This document shows, piece by piece, positions 1-11,406 of a stretch of DNA of 64,000 nt. Each line of letters begins with the position of its first letter. The stretch's first letter is position 1. The notes beneath the pieces are model-generated. The model was not told the DNA's origin and searched no databases. It saw only the letters and a list, made by a program, of their open reading frames with translations. The translations under genes and the position numbers were made by a program. The stretch spans positions 9,285-73,284 of the forward strand of contig JADLAV010000026.1 in assembly GCA_020848075.1 (NCBI GenBank), in the 5' to 3' direction. The stretch is from Burkholderiales bacterium (lineage in GTDB: Bacteria; Pseudomonadota; Gammaproteobacteria; Burkholderiales; SG8-39).

Positions 1-819
1 GTCCGGCGGACACCGCTGCTGCTGCGCGGCGCTCCGGAGCTGCGCGCATCGCCGGCGGAATTCACCAATATGATGATCGCGTTGCCGGAGGGTCGGCTGG
101 TGCCGCTCTCGACACTCGCGAGCGTCGAGCGGGTCACCGGTCCGGTGCAGGTGGCGCGCGAGCAGGGCCAGCGCTTCGCCGTGGTGATCGCCAACGTGCG
201 CGGCCGCGACCTCGTCGGCTTCGTCGAAGAGGCGAAGCAAAAGGTCGATGCGGCGGTCGAGTTGCCGACGGGCTACCGGCTGGCGTGGGGCGGGCAGTTC
301 GAGAACCAGCAACGCGCCGCGCGGCGGCTGGCGATCGTCGTCCCGGTCGCGATCGGCCTCATCTTCCTGCTGCTCTTCACGACGTTCCGCTCGATCCGCC
401 AGGCAGTGCTGGTGCTGCTCAACATCCCGTTCGCCATGATCGGCGGCGTGTTCGGGCTCTGGCTCTCCGGGGAGTACCTGTCGGTTCCCGCCTCGGTGGG
501 CTTCATCGCCCTGCTCGGCATCGCGGTCCTGAACGGGGTCGTGATGCTGACCTACTTCAACCAGCTGCGGGCAACCGGCATGGATGCTGCGCAGGTGGTC
601 GTGGAAGGCGCCCGGCGGCGACTGCGGCCGGTGATGATGACCGCCTCGATCGCGGCGTTTGGCCTGGTGCCGCTGCTCTTCGCAACGGGGCCGGGCTCGG
701 AGATCCAGCGTCCGCTCGCGATCGTGGTGATCGGCGGCCTGGTGACCTCGACGCTGCTGACGCTGGTCGTGCTGCCGATCCTCTATCGCCGTTACGGTGA
801 GTCCGCCCGGGGAGCGTGA
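1..819 (+). CDS. CusA/CzcA-family heavy-metal efflux RND transporter, C-terminal fragment (5' end outside window)
   Basis: Frame 1 is open from nt 1. The translation shows the last TM bundle typical of HME-RND pumps (GFIALLGIAVLNGVVM, MTASIAAFGLVPL, VVIGGLVTSTLLTLVVLPILY). Stop at 817-819. Confidence 0.9.
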   Translation, partial: VRRTPLLLRGAPELRASPAEFTNMMIALPEGRLVPLSTLASVERVTGPVQVAREQGQRFAVVIANVRGRDLVGFVEEAKQKVDAAVELPTGYRLAWGGQFENQQRAARRLAIVVPVAIGLIFLLLFTTFRSIRQAVLVLLNIPFAMIGGVFGLWLSGEYLSVPASVGFIALLGIAVLNGVVMLTYFNQLRATGMDAAQVVVEGARRRLRPVMMTASIAAFGLVPLLFATGPGSEIQRPLAIVVIGGLVTSTLLTLVVLPILYRRYGESARGA

Positions 820-820
820 G

Positions 821-1138
821 ATGGAAGAGAGCCTGCTGGTGCTGATCGTCGACACGCGCATCCAGGAGCCGGTGCTCGATTGGCTGCTCGACTATCGCGA
901 GGACATCCTGTTCACCAGCGGCCGGGTCGATTGCCACGGCGTCGAGCATGCCGCCCTCAGCGACCGCGAGCAGGTGAGCGGGAGCACACCCCGGCTCATG
1001 GTGCAGCTGCAGGTCCCGCTCGCGGAGGCGCGGCGGATCTGCGCCGGACTCGGCGCAGCCTTGCCCAAGGCAGGCATTCGGTACTGGATCGTGCCGCTGC
1101 TCGAGCAGGGGCTGCTCGGACCGTCGGCCGGGCCGTGA
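821..1138 (+). CDS. Small DUF3240-like protein encoded directly after the RND pump gene
   Basis: ATG at 821 lies 1 nt after the pump stop. MEESLLVLIVD...FTSGRVDCHG resembles the small proteins usually found downstream of czcA-type genes (family name from memory, needs an HMM check). Confidence 0.6.
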   Translation: MEESLLVLIVDTRIQEPVLDWLLDYREDILFTSGRVDCHGVEHAALSDREQVSGSTPRLMVQLQVPLAEARRICAGLGAALPKAGIRYWIVPLLEQGLLGPSAGP

Positions 1139-1182
1139 GACAGCTTCCCCGGCTCGTAAGCGACACCCGTCGCACCTGCCTG

Positions 1183-1353
1183 ATGAAGGCGGCCGAGCGA
1201 TCGATTCTGGTGGCCATCGCGCTCGCGCCGTCGCCCGCGTGGGCTGCGAATGCGGCCGCCGTGCCGTGGTGGGTCTGGCCGCTGTCGTTGTTCGCAGTGA
1301 CGTTTCTTCTCGGCGTCGTCGCGGCGTCCGGTATCCTCGGTTACACGAGCTGA
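1183..1353 (+). CDS. Hypothetical small membrane/exported protein (56 aa)
   Basis: In-frame ATG at 1183. MKAAERSILVAIALAPSPAWA looks like a signal peptide, followed by one hydrophobic helix (WWVWPLSLFAVTFLLGVVAASGILG). No homology recognised. Confidence 0.35.
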   Translation: MKAAERSILVAIALAPSPAWAANAAAVPWWVWPLSLFAVTFLLGVVAASGILGYTS

Positions 1354-1432
1354 CTGGCGGCCCGCGGGCGGCGACCCTGCGGTCGAACCCCCGTGAGCTC
1401 CGGTAGCGCTCGATCAGAGGATCGCGCAGCGC

Positions 1433-2338
1433 TCAATCGCGCTGATAGGCGGGCAGCGGCTTGCCGCAATGCTTGCAGAACCGGGCGTCGGCGTCGTGAC
1501 CCTCCGTCAGGCAATCGGGACACGTGCGCGTCGTGAGCGGCCGCGCCATGCGGCGGGCAGTGATCTCGGCGGTGACGATGCCGGTAGGGACGGCGAGAAT
1601 GCCCCAACCCATCAGCATCATGCACGAGGCGATGAAGCGGCCTACGTTCGTCTTCGGCGTAATGTCGCCGAAGCCGACCGTGGTCATCGTCGTGATGCCC
1701 CAGTAGATCGCCACCGGAATGCTGGTGAAACCATTTTCGGGGCCTTCGACCACGTACATCAGCGTCCCCAGGATCGTGACGGTGATCAGCACGAAGCCGA
1801 TGAAGACGATGATCTTGCGCCGGCTCGCCATCAGGGCCTCGCCGAGGAAGCCGAACTCGAACAAGTAGGCGCCGAGCTTGAGGATGCGGAAGATGCGCAG
1901 CAGGCGCAGCAGCCGCACGTCGAGCAGTGCATGGACTTCGGGCACGAAGAACGCGAGGTACGTCGGCAGCACCGCCAGCAGGTCCACGATGCCGAAGAAG
2001 CTCGTTGCGTAGCGCAACGGATGTCGGACACACGCGAGCCGCAGCACGTATTCGACGGTGAAGAGCAGCGTGAATCCCCACTCGATGACATCGAACAGCG
2101 TGTCGTAGCCCGCCGTCATCGACTGCACGCTGTCGAGGATCACCACCGCCACGCTGGCAAGGACTGCCGCGATCAGGAGGAGATCGAACAATCGGCCGGC
2201 GCGGGTGTCGGCTTCGAAGATGATCACGTAGACCCGCGAGCGCCACCCGCCCGTGGGCCCGCCAAAGCGCGCCGCGACCTCGGGCCGCGTGTTCGAAGCG
2301 CCGGACGGCGAGGCCGGATTCGACGCAGGGGTCATCAT
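1433..2338 (-). CDS. Voltage-gated (Kv-type) potassium channel with a C-terminal CxxC-x11-CxxC zinc-ribbon tail
   Basis: S4-like segment VRLLRLLRIFRILK has a positive charge every third residue. K+ selectivity filter TTVGFGD is present. The tail reads TCPDCLTEGHDADARFCKHCGKPL. Confidence 0.9.
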   Translation of the reverse strand: MMTPASNPASPSGASNTRPEVAARFGGPTGGWRSRVYVIIFEADTRAGRLFDLLLIAAVLASVAVVILDSVQSMTAGYDTLFDVIEWGFTLLFTVEYVLRLACVRHPLRYATSFFGIVDLLAVLPTYLAFFVPEVHALLDVRLLRLLRIFRILKLGAYLFEFGFLGEALMASRRKIIVFIGFVLITVTILGTLMYVVEGPENGFTSIPVAIYWGITTMTTVGFGDITPKTNVGRFIASCMMLMGWGILAVPTGIVTAEITARRMARPLTTRTCPDCLTEGHDADARFCKHCGKPLPAYQRD

Positions 2339-2557
2339 GCGCGAGACCAGCAGAGCATGTTTTTCAAACTACCACATCGTCCGGCCGGGCGGCGAAGCCG
2401 GATGCCGTGCCTCCGGGGATTCGACGAAGGGTACGCGCGGGTGAGGTTGCAGCTCGCGGCCGCGTGCTGCCTCGACCTCGGGGTTCGATCCCGCGATGGG
2501 GCTCGAGCGTGCGGCGCGGTACACTGGGCCGGTCGCGGACGCGAACCAGGAGGAGCC

Positions 2558-2986
2558 ATGCAGAAGCTGCTTGTACCGGTCGATGGATCCGAGAACGCCT
2601 TGCGCGCCGTGAGGCACGCGATGGCCATGGCAAAGCTCGTCGGCGGAGCGTCGATTCACCTCGCGTACGCGCACGAGCCGCCGAGGGTCTACGGCGAGAT
2701 CGCCGTGTACGTCCCGGCAGAGAAGATCGAGGCATTCCAGCGCGAGCACAGCGATGCTATTCTCGCGGCGGCCGAAACGATTCTCAAGGATGCCGGCGTG
2801 CCCCACACCAAGGACGTCCTGATCGGCGACGTGGCGCCGGCCATCGTCGAGCACGCGAAGAAGCTCCGCTGCACCGCCATCGTCATGGGCACGCGCGGCA
2901 TGACGAGCATCGGGAATCTCGTGATGGGATCGATCGCGACGAAGGTCATCCATCTCGCCGATCTTCCGGTCACCCTCGTCAAGTAG
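2558..2986 (+). CDS. Universal stress protein (UspA family)
   Basis: ATG at 2558 is preceded by AGGAGG. MQKLLVPVDGSENALRAV...IVMGTRGMTSIGNLVMGSIATKVIHLADLPVTLVK is the typical USP fold signature. Confidence 0.9.
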   Translation: MQKLLVPVDGSENALRAVRHAMAMAKLVGGASIHLAYAHEPPRVYGEIAVYVPAEKIEAFQREHSDAILAAAETILKDAGVPHTKDVLIGDVAPAIVEHAKKLRCTAIVMGTRGMTSIGNLVMGSIATKVIHLADLPVTLVK

Positions 2987-3088
2987 CGGATCGCGGAAAT
3001 CCGCGCGGCCTGCAACCAGGGCAAATCGTCGCGGCGCTGCCGCGAGCGGCTCCCGCCGCTCGCGGTCACGCTGCGCCGCCTGCGCCAG

Positions 3089-3112
3089 GAAGGCCGGCGC
3101 GCGCCGGCCTTC
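3089..3112. terminator. 24-nt perfect GC-rich palindrome between convergent uspA and the lipoprotein gene (possible bidirectional terminator)
   Basis: GAAGGCCGGCGCGCGCCGGCCTTC read directly. No clear U-run on either side. Confidence 0.3.
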
Positions 3113-3134
3113 GCCGCTTCGCGCCTGCAGCGGA

Positions 3135-3617
3135 CTACTTGACGGTGAACTTCTTGGTGGCGATCAACTTATCGCCGAGGAAGACTTCGACTTGGTAATC
3201 CCCGGCGGGCCAGCCATCGGGCTTGTCGACGTGAAACTCGCTCGTCGCGGGTCCGGTCGGGGTGATGGTCTGGGTGTCCTCTTTCACCGGAGCGACCTGA
3301 CCGTCCTTCTGGTAGGTCCACTTGGCCTTGAGCTCGGCGGTCCCCGTGCCGGTGGTGTCCACCGACACGTAGAACGTATCGCCTTTGGCGAAGCTGTCGG
3401 TCGCCGTCGTGACCTTCTTGTCGGCGCCGATCGCGCTGCCGAGGCTCACGGCGCCAGCGGTGACGCCGGCGGGCACGGGCGCTGGCGCGGGCGCTGGCGC
3501 AGCGGCCGGCGGCGGCGCGGGAACAGCGGCGGGCTTCGGCGCTTCTTCCTTCTTGCCGCAAGCTGCGAGCGCGACCGCGGCGGCGGTGAGAATGACGTAG
3601 AGGTGCTTCCTGTTCAT
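3135..3617 (-). CDS. Lipoprotein with a Pro/Ala-rich linker and a beta-rich C-terminal domain of unknown function
   Basis: Internal ATG at 3617 gives MNRKHLYVILTAAAVALAAC (lipobox LAAC), then a PAAVPAPPPAAAPAPAPAPVP linker. The upstream part of the 210-aa ORF is Arg/Ser-rich junk. Confidence 0.7.
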   Translation of the reverse strand: MNRKHLYVILTAAAVALAACGKKEEAPKPAAVPAPPPAAAPAPAPAPVPAGVTAGAVSLGSAIGADKKVTTATDSFAKGDTFYVSVDTTGTGTAELKAKWTYQKDGQVAPVKEDTQTITPTGPATSEFHVDKPDGWPAGDYQVEVFLGDKLIATKKFTVK

Positions 3618-3660
3618 CGTGTGGTGCTCCCTTCGTGTGTGGTCGTGTCGCATGTTCCGG

Positions 3661-3882
3661 TCACTTCGGGGGGATCTTGAGCTTCTGCCCCGGGAAGATC
3701 TTGTTGGGATCCTTGATGATGTCCTTGTTCGCCTCGAAGATGCGTGTCCACTCGTTGGCGTTGCCATACTCGCGCTTTGCGATCTTGGAGAGGCTGTCCC
3801 CCGAGACGACCTCGTAGATCTTGGTCGCGGTGGAGCTCGATCCGCTCTGGACGTTCGAAAAATCGGGCATCTTGCCGGTCAT
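3661..3882 (-). CDS. 73-aa LysM-domain protein without a recognisable signal peptide
   Basis: YEVVSGDSLSKIAKREYGNANEWTRIFEANKDIIKDPNKIFPGQKLKIP is a canonical LysM motif. The N-terminus is hydrophilic. Confidence 0.8.
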   Translation of the reverse strand: MTGKMPDFSNVQSGSSSTATKIYEVVSGDSLSKIAKREYGNANEWTRIFEANKDIIKDPNKIFPGQKLKIPPK

Positions 3883-4129
3883 GGATGTCTCCTTGTGTCA
3901 GTCGAGGTCAGTCCGTGGAGTCGGGGCAGGCCGCGCACGTCTTCGGTTCTGGCCGTGCGGGCCTCCGTTGCCGGGCAACTTGGCGCGGCCGATCATCCAC
4001 CGAAAAGCCCGCCGCCGAATTGATCTCGCGCAAGACCGGTCGGGGACGCGCAGCAAGAGATTGATCTGCAACGAGGTTTAGGGGTTGGCGGTATCATCGC
4101 CGCACTGGAGAACCTCGAGGAATGTCACC

Positions 4130-4921
4130 GTGATCGTCAGGCAGATCTGGACCGCCAACGCGTACCGCAACTTCAACTACCTGATCGCTTGCAGCGAAAC
4201 CGGCGAGGCGCTCGCCGTCGATCCGCTGGACTACGCGAAGTGCCTGAATGCCGCGCGGGATGCGGGGTGGGAGATCACCCAGATCGTGAACACGCACGAG
4301 CACCGGGACCACACGGGCGGGAACGACGAGATGGTCAAGCGAACCGGCGCCAGGATCCTCGCGCACAAGAACGCCCGAGACCGGATTCCCGGCATGGCGC
4401 GCGGCCTGGGCGCGGGCGACGTGGTCAAGGTGGGCAGGACGGTGGAGCTCGAGGTGCTGGATACCCCCGGGCACACGATGAGCCACGTGTGCCTGCTCGC
4501 GCACACCGACCAGCCCGCGCTCTTCTCCGGGGACACGCTCTTCAACGCCGGCGCCGGAAATTGCCACAACGGGGGCCATCCCGCGGAACTCTACCGGACG
4601 TTCTCCGAACAGCTCGCCAGGCTGCCCTCGCGGATGCTCGTCTATCCGGGCCACGACTACATCGAGAACAACCTGCACTTCACGCTGGATCGCGAGCCCG
4701 ACAACGAAGCGGCGCGGGCGCTGCTGCAGCGGCTCGAGGGCCAGGACCCCAGCCACGCCTACGTCTCGACGCTCGAGGTCGAGCGACAGATCAACACCTT
4801 CTTCCGCCTGACGCGCCCGACGGTGATCGCAAGGCTGCGCGAGGTCTTTCCGGATCTGCCCGAGCGCCCGGACGAGCGCACCGTGTTCCTGAAGCTCAGG
4901 GAGCTGCGCAACGGCTGGTGA
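4130..4921 (+). CDS. gloB: Hydroxyacylglutathione hydrolase-like MBL-fold hydrolase (glyoxalase II-like)
   Basis: THEHRDHTGG (HxHxDH), TPGHT, and a C-terminal ERQINTFFR segment like GloB. GTG at 4130 behind GAGGA is preferred over the TTG at 4085. Confidence 0.8.
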   Translation: MIVRQIWTANAYRNFNYLIACSETGEALAVDPLDYAKCLNAARDAGWEITQIVNTHEHRDHTGGNDEMVKRTGARILAHKNARDRIPGMARGLGAGDVVKVGRTVELEVLDTPGHTMSHVCLLAHTDQPALFSGDTLFNAGAGNCHNGGHPAELYRTFSEQLARLPSRMLVYPGHDYIENNLHFTLDREPDNEAARALLQRLEGQDPSHAYVSTLEVERQINTFFRLTRPTVIARLREVFPDLPERPDERTVFLKLRELRNGW

Positions 4922-5019
4922 GCGTGGCAGTCCGGCACGTCGCACCGGGACGCGATGGCGCGGTCTCCCGCGCGGCTCGCGGACAAGCAGGGCGCCGGGC
5001 AGAAAGTCCTTCGCCGCGC

Positions 5020-6012
5020 TCAGAGCCCCAGGAAGCGAAGCGCGTTGGTGAGGGTGATGGCGCTCGTCACGCCAGCGCCCAGGCCCGCGCGTTCCAGCGT
5101 GCCCACCGGATCGGGGTCACCCATGTTGAACGGGTAGTCGCTGCCGAGCACGATCTGCGAGCTGCCGTAGCGCTCGACCAGGAAGCGGATCGCGGCCGGG
5201 TCGAACACGAGGGCGTCGTAGAAGAAGCGACGCGCATAGGTGGCCGGCGATTCGGCGAGCGCCTCCTTGGCTCTCGGCAGCACGTTCCAGGCGTGCACGA
5301 GCCGGGGCAGCAGCATCGCGAGCCCGCCGCCGCCGTGGCTGAAGGCGATCCGCAATCCGGGGTGCCGCGCAGCCATGCCGCCGGTGATCATCGAGGCGGC
5401 CGCCAGCGCGATCTCGCCGGGAAAGAGGACTGCCTGCTCGGAGAAAGGACCGACGATGCGCTCGGCGCCGAGCGCCCGCAGCGCGTGGACGAACACCGCC
5501 GCACCGAGGCGCTCGGCCGCGGCGAAGAACGGCTCGAAGCGCGCATCGCCGATCGGCGTACCGTTCACGTGGCTGGCGATCTCGACGCCGCGGAACGCGA
5601 GGTTGTGCACGAGATACTCGAGCTCTGCGATCGCCGCATCGACGTCCTGCAGCGGCACGCCGCCGAGCCCGATGAAGCGCCCGGGCGAGCGCGCGACCAT
5701 CGCTGCGATCTCGTCGTTGACATGGCGGATCAGCACCTTGGCGTCGGCGAGCGGGAGCCAGTAGGACATCAGCTCCGGCATCGGCGACAGCGCCTGGCGC
5801 GTCACGCGCATGGCGTCCATGCCCTCGACGCGCCGCGGCGCGCTCCAGCAGCCGTCGGCCACCGTGCGATAGACCTTGCCCGAGATCATGATGTGCTTGT
5901 GGCAGGGGCCGGCGTCGGCCATCGAAGGCCAGGGGACGTTCGTGCCCTTGCCGGCGTATGCGGGGAAGCGCTCGGGAACGACGTGAGTATGGATGTCGAT
6001 GCAATCGCTCAT
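5020..6012 (-). CDS. Amidohydrolase_2 family protein (ACMSD / resorcylate-decarboxylase-like)
   Basis: ATG at 6012 gives MSDCIDIHTHVVPE (HxH metal motif). The C-terminal part carries GSDYPF. The 101 codons upstream in the ORF are Arg-rich and unlikely to be coding. Confidence 0.85.
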   Translation of the reverse strand: MSDCIDIHTHVVPERFPAYAGKGTNVPWPSMADAGPCHKHIMISGKVYRTVADGCWSAPRRVEGMDAMRVTRQALSPMPELMSYWLPLADAKVLIRHVNDEIAAMVARSPGRFIGLGGVPLQDVDAAIAELEYLVHNLAFRGVEIASHVNGTPIGDARFEPFFAAAERLGAAVFVHALRALGAERIVGPFSEQAVLFPGEIALAAASMITGGMAARHPGLRIAFSHGGGGLAMLLPRLVHAWNVLPRAKEALAESPATYARRFFYDALVFDPAAIRFLVERYGSSQIVLGSDYPFNMGDPDPVGTLERAGLGAGVTSAITLTNALRFLGL

Positions 6013-6074
6013 CGGATGCGCCTCTGTGCTGTCGCGAACGGTTGTGCCTGTCAGCGGCGCGCGGCGGACTAGCT

Positions 6075-6482
6075 TCAGCGTCCGACGCCGGGCCTGCCGA
6101 GCACTTCGGCCATGTCGTTCCAGACCTGCTGGCCGGCGAGCTTTCCGCCGGCCACCACGAAGCGGTCGATGAAGCGGACGCCCGCGTAGGGCGTGCCGTC
6201 GAGGAGCTCCCCGCGCAGCGTCCCGGAGCAGTAGACGATGCCGCCGTCCGGTGCTGGCACGACGTCGAATCGCTCGTACTCCTTGAGCGCCGACCGGTAT
6301 CTTTCCTTGGCCCACGCGACCAGCGCTTCGAGGGTCTCGAAGCGCTTGTTCCCCGGGAAGATCATGACGAAGCCGGGGGCCTGCATGCCGCGCGCGGCGG
6401 CGAGATCACGCCGCTCCATCGCGGCGAGGTAGGCGCGGACGAGATCGATCGGATCGGTGCTCATGCTGCTCTCCGGCTTCAA
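6075..6482 (-). CDS. NTF2/SnoaL-like small protein
   Basis: IDLVRAYLAAMERRDLAAARGM...RFIDRFVVAGGKLAGQQVWND has the pattern of SnoaL-like cone-shaped alpha+beta proteins. The start may be the ATG 18 nt downstream (MSTDP). Confidence 0.55.
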   Translation of the reverse strand: MKPESSMSTDPIDLVRAYLAAMERRDLAAARGMQAPGFVMIFPGNKRFETLEALVAWAKERYRSALKEYERFDVVPAPDGGIVYCSGTLRGELLDGTPYAGVRFIDRFVVAGGKLAGQQVWNDMAEVLGRPGVGR

Positions 6483-6594
6483 GACTTCAGGAGAAAGCGA
6501 TCAGGTTCGGCTCCGGGGCCGGCCATCGCGCCTCGGCTGGCGCCGCATCGTGCGGGCTCCGCGGCCCGCACGCCCTCGCTTCGCGTCCTCGCCG

Positions 6595-8055
<1,461 letters not shown>

Positions 8056-8223
8056 TCCAGGTCGGAGGGCTCGTGCGGGTGGTGCGTGCGGAAAGCGCGT
8101 TCGCGAGTGGGAAGACGATTACGACCGCCGGCGCGGCGTACCGCACGCCAGTGTAACCCACCCGGTCGCCGCGACGGGCCGTTTGGGGCACAATGGGCGC
8201 GGACCAACGAGAACCCGCGGCCA

Positions 8224-10272
8224 GTGTCGTTCGTCAATCTGTACCGGCACAATTTCGTGCGCGCGGCGGTGTGCATCCCCGAGGTGCGCGTCGCGGACCC
8301 CGCGTTCAATGCCGCGCAGACGGTGGCGCTCTTGAAGCAGGCGGCCGGCCGCGACGCCGTGCTCGCGACCTTCCCCGAGCTCGGGCTCTCCGCCTACTCC
8401 TGCGAGGATCTCTTCCACCAGCAGGCGCTGCTCGACGGGGCGCTGCGAGCGCTCCACGAAGTGCTCGCCGCTTCCCGGTATCTGCCGATCGTCGCGGTCG
8501 TCGGCGCACCGCTGCAGGTCGGCACGCTGCTCTACAACTGCGCAGTCGTCCTCGCGCGCGGCCGCATCCTCGGCGTCGTGCCGAAGACCTATCTGCCGAA
8601 CTACCGCGAGTTCTACGAGCTGCGCCAGTTCACGCCGGGCGACACCGCGCCGGTGCAATCCATCGAGCTCCTCGGCCAGCGCGACGTCCCGTTCGGCGCG
8701 GAGCTCGTCTTCCAGGCCGAAGAGCAGCCGCTCCTCGCGTTCCACTGCGAGATCTGCGAGGACCTGTGGACGCCGATTCCGCCCTCGGCGTACGCGGCGC
8801 TCGCGGGGGCGACGGTGCTCGTCAATCTCTCGGCCTCCAACGTGACGATCGGCAAGGACGACTACCGGCGCCAGCTCGCGACGAGCCAGTCGGCGCGCTG
8901 CCTGGCCGCGTACCTGTACGGCGCGGCGGGGTTCGGCGAGTCCACCACCGATCTCGCGTGGGACGGACACGGCTTCATCTACGAGAACGGCACGCGGCTC
9001 GCCGAAACCGAGCGCTTTGCCTACCGCTCGCAGCTCGTGACCGCCGACATCGACCTCGACCGGCTGGCGCAGGACCGCATGCGCCAGACGACGTTCGGGC
9101 GTTCGGTGGCGCGTCATCGCGAGGCGGTCGCGCGCTTCCGCACGGTGCGTTTCCAGCTGGCGCTGCCGCTCGATCGCGAGATCCCGCTCGAGCGCGTGTA
9201 CGAGCGTTTCCCCTACGTTCCGTCGGACCCTGCCACGCGCGACGCCCGCTGCCATGAGATCTACGAGGTCCAGGTGCACGGCCTGGCGAAGCGGTTGCGC
9301 GCGATGCGAGCGGAAAAGGTCGTCATCGGCGTCTCCGGTGGCCTCGACTCCACGCAGGCCCTGATCGTGTGTGCGCGCGCGATGGACGTGCTCGGCCTGC
9401 CGCGCGGCAATATCCTCGGGTACACGATGCCCGGCTTTGCGACGACCGGCCGGACGCTCGACCAGGCGCGGCGCCTGATGCACGCGCTCGGGTGCACGGC
9501 CGCGGAGATCGACATCCGGCCGAGCTGCGTGCAGATGCTGAAGGACATTGGCCACCCGTACGCGCGCGGCGAGCAGGTTTTCGACCTCACGTTCGAGAAC
9601 GTGCAGGCGGGCGCACGCACGAGCCATCTCTTCCGGCTCGGCGGCCTGCACAGCGCCCCGGTCGTCGGCACCAGCGACCTCTCCGAGCTCGCACTCGGCT
9701 GGTGCACCTACGGCGTCGGCGACCACATGGCCCACTATCACGTGAACGCCAGCATCCCGAAAACGCTGATCCAGTACCTCGTGCGCCACGTGGCGCGCAC
9801 CGGGGAGCTCGGCGCCGAGGCGAGCCGCGTGCTCGAGGACGTGCTCGATACGCCGATCAGCCCGGAGCTCGTGCCCGGGCACGCCGGCGAGGGCCCAGAG
9901 CAGTCGACCGAGAGCATCGTCGGGCCCTACGAGCTGCAGGACTTCCATCTCTACTACGTGCTGCGTTTCGGGTACGCCCCGCCGAAGGTCGCATTTCTGG
10001 CTTGGTCGGCGTGGCGCGACCGCAGCCGCGGCACCTGGCCCGAGATGCCGGCCGCGGCGCACAACCAGTACACCCTCGGCGAGATCCGCAAGTGGCTCGG
10101 CGTGTTCCTGAAGCGCTTCTTCCAGTCGAGCCAGTACAAGCGGAGCGCGATCCCGAACTCACCGAAGGTCGGCTCGGGCGGCTCGCTCTCGCCGCGCAGC
10201 GACTGGCGCGCGCCGAGCGACGGCGAGTCGGCCGCCTGGCTCGCCGAGCTCGAGGGCATCCCCGACCGCTGA
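8224..10272 (+). CDS. nadE: Glutamine-dependent NAD+ synthetase (long, nitrilase-domain fused form)
   Basis: Near-colinear with long-form NadE from memory ([54 protein letters not shown]). GTG at 8224 is placed where homologues begin. Confidence 0.95.
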   Translation: MSFVNLYRHNFVRAAVCIPEVRVADPAFNAAQTVALLKQAAGRDAVLATFPELGLSAYSCEDLFHQQALLDGALRALHEVLAASRYLPIVAVVGAPLQVGTLLYNCAVVLARGRILGVVPKTYLPNYREFYELRQFTPGDTAPVQSIELLGQRDVPFGAELVFQAEEQPLLAFHCEICEDLWTPIPPSAYAALAGATVLVNLSASNVTIGKDDYRRQLATSQSARCLAAYLYGAAGFGESTTDLAWDGHGFIYENGTRLAETERFAYRSQLVTADIDLDRLAQDRMRQTTFGRSVARHREAVARFRTVRFQLALPLDREIPLERVYERFPYVPSDPATRDARCHEIYEVQVHGLAKRLRAMRAEKVVIGVSGGLDSTQALIVCARAMDVLGLPRGNILGYTMPGFATTGRTLDQARRLMHALGCTAAEIDIRPSCVQMLKDIGHPYARGEQVFDLTFENVQAGARTSHLFRLGGLHSAPVVGTSDLSELALGWCTYGVGDHMAHYHVNASIPKTLIQYLVRHVARTGELGAEASRVLEDVLDTPISPELVPGHAGEGPEQSTESIVGPYELQDFHLYYVLRFGYAPPKVAFLAWSAWRDRSRGTWPEMPAAAHNQYTLGEIRKWLGVFLKRFFQSSQYKRSAIPNSPKVGSGGSLSPRSDWRAPSDGESAAWLAELEGIPDR

Positions 10273-10295
10273 GCCGCCGGCCGCGGCGAGCGCGA

Positions 10296-11381
10296 TCACG
10301 CGGCGGCTTGGAACGCCACGACGTGATCCACGTCGAGGCGAATGCCGATGTGCTCGCCGAGCGCGTGGTTGTGATGGCTGGGCACCAGCGCCAGCACCTT
10401 GCGGCCGCTCGCCAGCCTGAGCGTGTACAGGATATCGGCGCCGCGGAAGGCCTTGTGCAGGACCTCGGCGCGCAGCGCGCTCGCGTCGTCGTGGACGATG
10501 TCGTCCGGGCGGAGCAGCACGTCGACCCGGCAGCCTTTCCCGCACACATCGCACCCGAGCTCGCACGCCGGCGGGATCTCGCCGCGGAGCGAGCCGAGCT
10601 CGATGTCGACCTCGTGCGCGCCCGTCACGCTGCCCGGGAGAAAGACCCCCTGCCCGACGAAGTCGGCCACGAAGCGGTTGGCGGGACGGTGGTACAGATT
10701 GTAGGGGCTGTCCCACTGCTGGATCGCCCCGTCGCGCATGATGCCGATCTCGTCGGCGATCGCGAACGCCTCCTGCTGATCGTGCGTCACGAGCACGGCG
10801 GTGGTGTGGCTGCGCTTGATGATGTCGCGCACCTCCTGGCCCAGGCGCTCGCGCAGCTCGACGTCGAGATTGGAGAACGGTTCGTCGAGCAGCAGCAGCT
10901 CGGGCTGCGGCGCGAGGGCGCGGGCGAGGGCGACGCGCTGTTGCTGCCCGCCCGAGAGCTCGTGCGGGAACTTGTTGCCCTCGCCGGCGAGACCGACTGC
11001 GTCGAGCAGTTCGTCGGCGCGCCGCGTGCGCTCGCCACGCGGCCGGCCTTGCAGCCCGAAGCCGATGTTCTCCCGCACCGAGAGGTGCGGAAACAGCGCG
11101 TAATCCTGGAACACCATGCCGATCCGCCGCTTCTCGGGCGGCACCGTGCGGTCCGGCGCCGATACGACGCGGCCGTTCAGCACGATCTCGCCGGCACTCA
11201 CCGGCTCGAAACCGGCAATGCAGCGAAGCACGGTGGTCTTGCCGCATCCGCTGGCGCCGAGGAGGCAGCCGATCGCGCCGCGCGGGAGTGCGAGCGACAG
11301 CCCGCGCACGACCGGGGTGTCCCCGTAAGCTTGCCGCACGTCGCGCAATTCGAGGAGCGGCCGTGTTGCGCTCGCGCTCAT
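10296..11381 (-). CDS. fbpC: Fe3+ (FbpC/HitC-type) ABC transporter ATP-binding protein
   Basis: Walker A GASGCGKTT, signature LSGGQQQRVALARAL, Walker B LLLLDEP, plus a C-terminal TOBE-like regulatory domain. Confidence 0.9.
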   Translation of the reverse strand: MSASATRPLLELRDVRQAYGDTPVVRGLSLALPRGAIGCLLGASGCGKTTVLRCIAGFEPVSAGEIVLNGRVVSAPDRTVPPEKRRIGMVFQDYALFPHLSVRENIGFGLQGRPRGERTRRADELLDAVGLAGEGNKFPHELSGGQQQRVALARALAPQPELLLLDEPFSNLDVELRERLGQEVRDIIKRSHTTAVLVTHDQQEAFAIADEIGIMRDGAIQQWDSPYNLYHRPANRFVADFVGQGVFLPGSVTGAHEVDIELGSLRGEIPPACELGCDVCGKGCRVDVLLRPDDIVHDDASALRAEVLHKAFRGADILYTLRLASGRKVLALVPSHHNHALGEHIGIRLDVDHVVAFQAAA

Positions 11382-11406
11382 CGACTTGCGTCATCCTCTG
11401 CGTGTC

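Noticed and set aside
2478-2497. A tRNA T-loop-like string GGTTCGATCCC in the K+ channel / uspA spacer.
   Set aside because: The flanks do not form a T-stem (CGGGG vs CCGCG does not pair). No acceptor, D or anticodon arms could be drawn.
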